From Trichoplax sp. H2 (Eukaryota), in assembly GCA_003344405.1 (NCBI GenBank), contig NOWV01000174.1, positions 62,001-126,000 on the forward strand: a stretch of 64,000 bases of DNA, given 5' to 3'. Positions 54,701-64,000 of the stretch are shown here, piece by piece (position 1 is the first letter of the stretch; the number at the start of each line of letters is the position of its first letter). The notes beneath the pieces are model-generated. The model saw nothing but the letters and a program-made list of their open reading frames with translations. It did not search any database and was not told the origin of the DNA. Both the position numbers and the translations under genes were made by a program.

Positions 54701-55743
54701 CTATGTACAGCATCGAAGGCGTAATATGTGCTGTGTTTACTGCTTTGAACGCATAATATGATGTTGTGATTTTCAGCATCCCTATTCCTTTGCTATTCAA
54801 CGTACTACAGTATATTAACATCATAAAATCCAGTTTATAAATATAAGAGGAAAAATAATTTCAAAGACCGATCAAAAGTTGTAATCATTACTTTGCTCAT
54901 AATCCACCTCCAATGTTGTTGTATAACACTACGGTACAAAATTGGACAAACATTAATACAATTTATTTTGCATGAAACTGCGATAGAAACCGATGGACAT
55001 ATGACAAGTACCAGTCAACGAGTTTCAACTTTGAATCAATGTTAAACAAGTAGATCGCATCTATGGCGGTACTAGCGTATCTATGTTATAGTGGCGTATT
55101 ATCAGGATACGTTTACTTAATCTACTCCATTTATTGATAGTAAATTATATGAAAGTACAGCTTCCAATACTTGATATCATTCATGGATTGCTAGCGAAAA
55201 GTTGACGGAAACGCTATCTTGACATCCATTGTAGTCCAAAACTTGTAATCGATTTTTCTTTGAAGTTTAATTTCTTCACGTCAAGTTAGGGTTAAAGGGA
55301 ACGATAATCGAATAGATCGGTACAGTCATAGTCGAAATTTATGGAGATAAAAGTTTATCAGACATGAGGATTTACTAACGAGCAAACTGAAATATAGTAT
55401 CGCAGTGACATGATCATGTTATCGTTTCATCCATATCCGGTCTTGTGGGTCTTCTACATAAGTGTATAGCATAGTGTTGCACTGTACAGTACTGTACTAT
55501 ACTGTATTACTCTACATCAAGTAGCCTAGTCGTCAACTCAGAAGGTAGACTACTATTGTGATTGTAATGGCTTACTCCAATGGCGTCTGCAGGATTTTCT
55601 GCGATCCATTTTCCGGGCCAATTGACAGAATATAATTTGGTGTCGCTAAAAGGATCAAAGTTGCATTTGACATGGGATATATCAAAAAGAAGCAGCAGCA
55701 GCAGCAGCGATACCCTCCAAATCCATGGAACTATTTGGCCCAT
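51710..55743 (-). CDS. ERLEC1: ER lectin with two MRH domains (XTP3-B / erlectin)
   Basis: Signal peptide MGQIVPWIWRVSLLLLLLLFDISHVKC and DTKLYSVNWPG. MRH1: CTYR|MEGYWSYELCHGRHVNQFHE...MTDGTPCDLANDKPRQTSVYYIC...EVITCEYEVVVAT. MRH2: GGWWKYEFCYGRYVKQYHE...FGKGDVCDATAMPRKVVVR...YLLEPSTCSYILV|IESVGICKLL. Confidence 0.92.
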
Positions 55744-55796
55744 AGCGGTTGTTTTGCTTCTTCCAATCGATTGCGCAGTGGCTTGTACACGAATTA

Positions 55797-56060
55797 AAAG
55801 GGGAATTTTACTGTAATCATAATAATTACTGCATTCGATGGCTACAGTCACAATATCGTAGTCTACAGTACAGTACACTGTATTGAAAGAGGAATTTTAC
55901 TGTACTGTACAGTACGTACTGTATTCGATGGCTACAGTCACAGTATCGTAGTCTACTGTACAGTACAGTACACTGTATTAAAAGAGGAATTTTACTGTAC
56001 TGTAATTACTATATTCGATGGCTACAGTCACAGTATCGTAGTCTACAGTACACTGTATTG
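55797..56060. repeat. Tandem repeat, about 90-bp unit x3, immediately upstream of the ERLEC1 ATG
   Basis: GGAATTTTACTGTA...TTCGATGGCTACAGTCACA(A/G)TATCGTAGTCTAC...AGTACACTGTATT occurs three times (cores near 55834, 55924, 56013), with a variable number of TACAG units. Confidence 0.92.
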
Positions 56061-56400
56061 TATTTACTGTACAGTACAGTACTGTAGAAATCTGTGCTCC
56101 GGACTTTAGTGACTTTTACCCTTTGAAAGGAAATACACTGTACTGTATAGTGTACACAACAGTTAACAAGTAGCAAGAGAACTACACAAACCTCCTTTCA
56201 CTCTTTCAGTGAGTTGGCTAATATAAAAGTCCATGATGGTTTGTTCATGGATTCTAAGCTAATACAGTTCTACAAGTCTCTGGCAAGGCCTAAACATTGG
56301 AGATAAAAAGCTTCTGATATACGTACAGCATATTACTGTATACTGTACTAGTGTACGTACTATGCTAAGTACAGAATAGTATAGTGCTCTGTAGTCACTA

Positions 56401-56660
56401 GGGAACGTGGCAAGTTGGATTTTGAAACTTCACGTGAACTTCATGTGGATTTCGCTAAGTGTACAGTCTAGTACTACTAGCAGAAACTTCGGGTGTGCTG
56501 TACTTCCCTGTATTGCGTCCGCGCAATTTTTAGCAACTTCACAATGTGAAATGTGGAGACTAGAGACCCTTAGTCAAGACTCAAGACCATTCAAAAATCT
56601 TCACATTTCACATTGAAATTCACGGTGGTGAAGTGCACCTGTGAAATTGCACACGTTCCC
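56401..56660. mobile_element. MITE-like element (260 bp) with terminal inverted repeats and TA flanks
   Basis: Left end TA|GGGAACGTGGCAAGTT, right end AATTGCACACGTTCCC|TA. Also an internal perfect 14-bp inverted repeat CAATGTGAAATGTG (56541-56554) / CACATTTCACATTG (56602-56615). No coding capacity. Confidence 0.7.
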
Positions 56661-56765
56661 TAGACGAATTACTGCCATGCAAGAGTGCAGTACTCTGTGC
56701 ATGACATCGGCTACGCATCAATCACCTTAGTATAAAATTTTAATTCATACTGCGTACAAGATGCA

Positions 56766-56986
56766 TCGTTGCAGCAATACATATTAGGCTCCGCTAGTTC
56801 CCCCATCCGTTGATGAAACTCTACTTCTACTACACCGCAAAACCAATATACCGGTCAGAACATCATTGCTCATTTTCAACAGAAATAATCAAGATTATGG
56901 CAGAAGTCCAGTCGAGTTTCATCAACATAGTGAGGCAACTAGCGGGGCCTAAGGCACATGTCCTATCGTGTTCAAGCATGCGACGA
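56766..56986. other. Long imperfect inverted repeat / stem-loop
   Basis: TTAGGCTCCGCTAGTT (56784-56799) pairs with AACTAGCGGGGCCTAA (56937-56952). GTTGATGAAACTC (56809-56821) pairs perfectly with GAGTTTCATCAAC (56914-56926). Also inner ACTTCT/AGAAGT and outer TCGTTGCA/TGCGACGA. Confidence 0.8.
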
Positions 56987-57928
56987 CAAATTGTCCAAAA
57001 TGATCATTTGATATTGTTATTAACTTATTAACTTATTATCATCTTGTTTTGAAATAAATAAATTAATTAATGCTAGTTACAGACTGCGCAATACAGTGGA
57101 TTCACGAATTTGGGCAATCCATCAACAACAGCAATCCGAAATCTGGTCTACTGTAGTAGTACAAAACATCTTCCTCTTGTCATGCGTGCATGTGTCATTC
57201 ATTGCGATTACTGTACCATATACAATAGTACATACTGTACTATACGTGTTACGTTACTATTGTACAGTACAATGTACAATGTACAGTACATTGGCCTCAT
57301 GCTATTCCGTGGAATAATTGAAGTTACTCACGTGCTGCCAATAAGCAATCGCTGGGACTAGCTGAACGCTGAGTATTTATAATTCTTCCCTTCCCGGATA
57401 GAAAGCTCGAAAATAAAAACATTTTAGTCTACGCCGTGGTATGTAGCATATGACTTTTAATTGAATTCTTAAATTCCGGTTTAGATTAGCTAATTTAACC
57501 AATGCTTATGGCGAGACATTTTCAATCATCCTTTTTAATAAAACATCATTTATTATCAACATAATCGAACATACAGTACGTACTAATGGTAATAAATTGG
57601 ACTTTTGTTATTGTCCATCATCTTGTTGATGGCGGTCTATACGTGGTTCACTTGTACAATGACTACGACGATTTGACTGGATTTCTTCTTACTAAGGCTT
57701 CTATTAGTTTCATGTAGTGTGATCTCTCCAAGTTATTTCATTGAATTGCTGTACAGCGATTTGGTTTGTAGTTTTTATTACCGGTTAATCTTAACTGCTA
57801 AGTGCTGATCAGTATAATATACGCGTATATTGTGAGTGTTTTCGGAATTTTGATGCTATCACAATTCTTTGTAGATTAGTGAACCACTGTGCTGGAGATT
57901 GGACAAGTTAACAAATTGGCCTTCATTC

Positions 57929-60485
57929 ATGAGTGACGAAGATAAGTACTTGGACGTCGATATTGACAGTGATGACGTGAGTACGACTCTACGCTTGAAT
58001 TGCTTCCGCTAGTTTCTACATTTCGCTACAGTTGTGCCGTAAACTGTGGCCATACATTGAATGATTGTAATAATCAAACCTTTTGAACCTCGATTATACT
58101 CGTAATTATGTACAGTATTGCTACTGCATGGTCATTATTAACATACAATGCATGAATTGAGTGTTTAGAGAAAGATTTGATTCTATCGACCATGCACTGT
58201 GTACATTAAATTCCTTCCTCCATCAACAGCCAATAAACTTCGGTACTGTAAATACGAAGTTATCTTATTATCAAATTCATTTCTTTCCACAGTATGCCAT
58301 ACATGCGTTATCGTATAGTACGTAGGCACTATATCATCGCATCACTGACGTTTTCATAAATCGGCATAGTGAACACGCATTCACTAATGCACAATAGTAT
58401 ATCCCGACTATTTTACCAGTTATAAATCAATAATTTCATTTCAATCGCTGATGGTTAGTGGACTAGCTGTAATAGTGCTAACATTGTTGTAAGTGAAGAT
58501 ATATATTATATATTTATAATAACCTATTTCATGATAATTGCAATATATGCAGTACAGGAGTACGTAATATCGGTCCAGCATGTATTTTCACGCTGGATCG
58601 TTATTTTAAATTCCAATAGCAAAACAGTAAGGCAGTGTATTATTATGAATGAAAACACGTTGGACTAGGCACCCATTTAACAAGTACTGTCGATCATGAG
58701 AGAGATTCTAAACGAGCATCACACCTAGCACTTGGCCACTTTGCTATAAAATGTACTCTCACATACTATCATCCATGCGATAATAGAATTTATAATACTG
58801 TTTATAAAACACACCTTATAAACACCAATGCTCAGCTGCATAGTCGCGTTTGCAATGCGTAAAGGTAGCAATCTATTTGATACTTGTTCTTAATATGCCA
58901 AGAATAATCAGCTTAGTGTGTTAGTATTAATGAACTTTTCTCATGCCTGCAAACTATGTACGAATATATTGCATGTGTACGACTATGCTAAGGATGACTA
59001 TGGCCTATTTCACTCTGAAAGGGAATGATTTTACCGTAAAATGCTTTAAGAAAGGTGGAGATCTTTACTCTAGTTTTTAATTTTCTGTTAGTATAAACAG
59101 TATAATTAAGATCGGGTAAAGTTATGATCTATAAATCTAGCGATATACTGTATGTCGTAAGAAGGCAAAACCTCGATATCCCGTGTATAAGTTAGTTATC
59201 CTTATATATTAAAGGATTTCGATTCTCGCAAGTTTACATCGTTCCTTAGCGCTGACCGCTAATCATTAATGCCTCTACGTGTGGCTCTTTAATAAGCTAG
59301 TATTCAAGGCTAGTCTAAAATATTTCGTGTCAAACCGAGCTAATAAAGCAGGTTAACACTATTATCGGGTGCATTGCCATTGCAATCGTACAAGTTATGT
59401 AGCTGATCTTGTAACAATGAGTGTTAATCCAAGTTGAAATCGTTTTATATTTGCCTTATTATAGAATGGAGATACTGATAAGTCAACATCCGGTCTAACT
59501 CAAGCGGATAAAAGAGCCCATCATAACGCTTTGGAGCGTAAGAGGCGCGATCACATTAAAGATTGTTTCTTTGGCTTACGCGATTCAGTTCCTACCTTAC
59601 AAGGAGAAAAGGTTACGATTCTTTACAGCATTTGTAATTGCTTAAAGTCGTAAATGCTAGTGCTAGTTTTTCTTTTAGTTTGTATACAAACAGTAAGTGG
59701 AATGACATTGTTCATACAACAACATCAAACTTTGCGGCTTTTCCAGTGATATAATATTCACTTATTCTACTATAAACTAGTACACAGACCTTGAGGGATA
59801 GATTTTTAAGATTAAAATATATCGTAAACGTCTACAACTAGAAAGTGTTAGCATATTGAATGAAAATTTGTCTAATATTTTTCGAATTTAAACGGTCTTT
59901 AGGCATCACGTGCTCAAATACTGAATAAGGCAACTGATTACATTCAGTTTATGAAACAAAAAAATCAGAATCATCAGGTTTGCCTTTTTATACGAATATA
60001 CATAAATTTTTGATTATGTGCTTTGAGGACAAATCTCATTTTGTAAGGTGCTTTGCTATTTAAGTTTACCTGTTTGGAATTTATTCCCTAATAGTCAGAT
60101 ATAGAAGATATCAGGAAAGAGAATTATCAGTTAGAATTACAATGTTAGTTACTGATTATATGGCAATCTGCTTTAATACGTACAAATTCACTTGTACCAG
60201 TATAGAATTTATAGGCTTGTTCGTTACCCGCTTTAAGTGCAAGCCGACAGTGAAATCTAATTATATAACATAATGCTTGTATGGCATCTTTTACACAATT
60301 TAGTGAAAACCTTAGAGAGGACGCGCAATAATTTAACTGGTACGGCGACATCTGAGAATATCGATAGTTCAACTACGACTACTACCAATAGTGGTAGAAC
60401 AACAAGGAATAAAGCCAAACGAGAATTGCAATCGGACGGTAACGATGAACAAAAGACAGATACTAAAAAGGTCAAAGCAGAGTAG
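57929..60485 (+). CDS. MAX: bHLH-Zip transcription factor Max; exons 57929-57976, 59465-59611, 59903-59977, ~60095-60143, 60304-60485
   Basis: [16 protein letters not shown]|...[83 protein letters not shown]...TKKVKAE*. This is the Max basic-HLH-zipper signature. Confidence 0.96.
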
Positions 60486-61959
60486 AAATTTTTCAAATCC
60501 CTATTAATGAATTGTTGGATAATTATCTAGCCTAGCATCGATAAATTAATTATAATTATCAGCAATTTTCCGAAATGAATTGTGAAGTGTGATGATGCGC
60601 ATTTAGCTGTTGCGGTCGAGCGTGAGATATTCTTAAATGTGTGCCAGTATTTTATCAGTTTAGTTGTGTATTTGTAACGTCGATACTACTTAATTATAAG
60701 CATAATAATAATAATCATAATTTAATCTTACAAACATAGATGCGAGTGCGTAGTCTTCCTATTTTATGTACAGCTATTACCGTGATGGCAGCTCAAACTA
60801 TATAGTAGTACGCACACGAGATACATGTACTATTTCTTAGCTAATATATTTTAAAATATATGATGTTTGGTTATGTTAAGTTTTAATCTTAAAAGTACAT
60901 TATGTATAAGGAATAGCATCTGCTGGTACAGCAGTGATCGGAATATTTTTAAGCGATTTAGTAACTTTGTTGCTACTGGCATATTGTATTATTGTTACAG
61001 TAGATTTTCTTAGCTAGAGTGAATGCAATTTATTTTAAAGTTGAATTAATGGTTTGACTCTAATTTATTTGCAACTTTATAAATAATTAAATATTGCTAT
61101 ACGGTATTTTTGGTTTTAAAAACAATTTTTGGTAACTGATTGAGAATGTTACTAAGTTCATAAGGAGCCTATAAGTATCCTACTTGATGGCATTATACTA
61201 TTTTATGTAATGATTGTTATCATTGTTGTAATTATCTTTTTCGGTTTATGATTATTTGAGACTTAAAGGTAGTCTAACCAGTTTCTGAATCACGACAGTG
61301 TTACTTCGTGTTATATTATAATATAATTTATTTTATAAAAGCGTAATCCAGTGCATTATTTGTACTTTCAAACTATTCTATTATCGTACTACAGATCGTT
61401 TTAGATATTTATTAGCTAATATTTTTAGCGTATCCCAGATAATAAAATTTACGATTTACTTTTTAACAATACGCATTTTCGAGTGTATTTATACCTACTG
61501 CTATACGCTGAAATAGCAATCATAGCATTGCATTACTTTATTACATTTGCTAGGATTTTATGGATATACCGTCCTCGCATGGCTATTATTGGTATCGTAG
61601 TTTAAGTCGTAGTTTAAGTCATTGTTCACATTAACACCGGTTTTGTTTATGGTTAATTTTGTATCTCCATCATAGCAGTAATTAGTGCAACTTTCATTAC
61701 ACGACTCTACAGTACGTGATTCAATTTCTACAAAGTGCAGCACTATCGAGCCTATGGTACGAATGCTAGTAAGGGTAATAATCAGTAATACTACAATTGT
61801 ACAGTGCCAATAGCTCTAAGATCTATTCCTAGAAATGGCGTTTTAAAAGCAAAGCACTGGGATGACTTTATCTAAATTTTAGGAAATTAATTTGGTTACA
61901 GCTGGTGATTAATCGTAGAAGGATAAAAATGAAAAGAAAAGTGTGTGCCCTAAACCATT

Positions 61960-63545
61960 ATACAGTACAATTCTATATGGTTCAGTACAGTACGTAGGAG
62001 TGTAGTCAAGGACCACTGCAGACGGTACAGGTAAAGTACGTATAGAAACCTTGTAAATAGACAAGTCTTACAAGTGTGTCAATATGAGTGTCTCCAAGGC
62101 GTCACAGATATGCAGAAAACCTACAGTACATGTACTGTACTGTACAATAAGTAAACATTGTGCATTGTCGGTAGAGGTCTTCATGGTCTATAGTCTGTTT
62201 TTAGTACTGTACAATATAGTACAGTATACCGGTACAGTACCGTAGAGGTAAAAGAAATACAGTACAGTACAGTACTGTACTGTAGATCATGATTGTAGCA
62301 GTGTACAGTACTGTACAGAACTGTACTGCGTGTGCGCGTACTGTAGACAGGCTCCGAGAAATTTTGGAGATTTATCGCACGTACGAGTCATACGACTGAT
62401 ACGGCGCTGAACATCATATAATCATTGATCTGTTTCTTTTCGAATTTGCTTTCAACATATCATCAATACACGTATTAAGTTGGACAAATTTGATCTGATT
62501 GGACTCGGTAAAATTGAATTATATCCGTTTTACAACGGTTATTATGTACTGTACAATGAACCTACAGTATATGCGTATACGCGTACAGTACTCGTATATG
62601 TTATACGTACTGTACAATGGACATACGCAGTGGATATATACTGTATATAACATATATGTATATATATATATAATTATATGCATTTATGACATATATTATG
62701 TAAACGTACAGTATATGAGTATATTTAGCCAAATGTAACATATTACATAACAAAATATATGCAGTTTCTTTTACTACAACAATGCTGAAATGATCTCTAA
62801 AAATGGAATGAGCTGTTACTGCTGCACACTTCTGCATTACAAAACATCCGAGGAACGTCAAACTGACACTCGGTCACTCACAATCAAAGTGCAATTTTAG
62901 TCGCTGCTTTTATCCAGTGCAATACCGCACAGTATCACAATAAAAGCGAGCTTTAGGAGGTCGAAAACTTAACTCTTGACTTCAATCATGAGTTAATGTT
63001 GTACTGTAGATGATGCAAGTGTACTCTCTAATTTTTTTTTTATACTGTGTGCGTGCCAAGCACACGAGAGAACGTAAGAGTCTATCAGTACAGAAGTGAA
63101 TTGCATTTCCGCATTTTCATCAACCCTACAGTTATTACCATTACAGTAAAGGTCAGTGGTCACTAGTTAGTACAGTACAGTACAGTACTTCCTTCATCAC
63201 ACTTCGGGCTTTGTACTGTACTGTCTCTATGAGCCAAACCATAGAAACCGTGGCTTTGTTTTTCGATTCTACCGTGATACTGTACAGTGTACAGTGGATA
63301 GTACGGTAAAAAGTGGTACTGTGCACTGTACAGTACTGTACCGTACGAAAGCGTACTGTACGCTTTCATAGTTTCTGGCTTTATCACGTGTGTAAATTGT
63401 TACGATGCACGGTAGTTTCTATACAAACGCAGGGTCAGATGCACGAACGTGAATTCTAGAAAGTACTAAACTATTGTAAATCAAGCAACAAAATCTTTTC
63501 TTGTAGGCACCTAGTACAGTACCGTTCACTGTACTAGAGTACAAT
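61960..63545. repeat. TACAG/CTGTA palindromic array cluster, probable promoter/5' region of the next gene
   Basis: Dense tracts, e.g. TACAGTACAGTACAGTACTGTACTGTA at 62258-62284 and TACAGTACAGTACAGTAC at ~63171-63188, in the same style as the three divergent promoters. Confidence 0.7.
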
Positions 63546-63795
63546 GCTGTTCACTGAACACTATTGTTTCCCTTGATATATTCCGCTGTAGTTTATTATT
63601 AGGCGTCAATCTTTATCGCTATTACCGTACGGCAAGTTTACGCATCTCGAAAATTTCCACTTTTATAAGTAGGATATATAAGCATCACGTATTCTGTCAT
63701 AAGTGCCATATAACTGAGTTAATTGGCTTTTAAATTCAATGAATGATTGACCAAAAATCTGCGTAAGAAGTTTTCAAAGATATATTCCATCACAG

Positions 63796-64000
63796 GTTGC
63801 ATTGATTCACACTGGAGTCACATTAGCACGGTAAAATACGGTAAACGGAGAAGTTTCATCGTGTCAAAAGGCAGAATGAGTCAGTATAGTAGGACCAGTA
63901 TGGGATTACGTTCAATGATCAGGAACAAAGAATCGATTCCGCAACCATCACCGCCGTTAACACATAACTCTTCCTCTGAAAATGAAAGCGACAGTGACTA
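63796..64000 (+). CDS. Possible first coding exon of an unidentified gene, running off the window
   Basis: Acceptor CCATCACAG|G at 63795. An open frame runs through ATG 63876 (MSQYSRTSMGLRSMIRNKESIPQPSPPLTHNSSSENESDSD...) to the window edge. No recognisable domain. Confidence 0.35.

Noticed and set aside
55744-55878. N-terminal extension of ERLEC1 in ORF 55507-55878
   Set aside because: It begins at a non-ATG codon within the tandem repeat. The ATG at 55743 gives a clean signal peptide.
1-64000. U12-type (GTATCCTT/ATATCCTT) introns, tRNA, rRNA and C/D snoRNA genes
   Set aside because: No convincing match seen by eye. TGATGA hits were on the wrong strand for their host introns or lacked a D box and stem. 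A covariance search could still find something.

Overview
AT-rich, compact eukaryotic DNA with many short GT-AG introns. Gene content and style suggest a basal animal, probably a placozoan such as Trichoplax; this is my inference, not verified. Exons assembled by hand give, in order: the 3' end of a stomatin gene (+); a large two-pore-channel-like (TPC/TPCR) gene with a C-terminal SH3 domain (+); PSME4/PA200 (-); NDUFAF5 (+); two tandem D-aminoacyl-tRNA deacylase (DTD1) genes (-) that the ORF track misses; CFAP70/TTC18 (+); ERLEC1 (-); MAX (+); and a possible gene start at the right edge. Main leads: (1) an intact DTD1 paralog that has lost the invariant Gly-cisPro motif; (2) the TPC-SH3 fusion, with non-canonical filters and a candidate RFX X-box upstream; (3) palindromic TACAG/CTGTA arrays at every divergent promoter; (4) two related solo-LTR-like insertions with perfect 5-bp target-site duplications (TSDs), a MITE-like element, and a long hairpin. 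Internal exon boundaries in the long genes are approximate.
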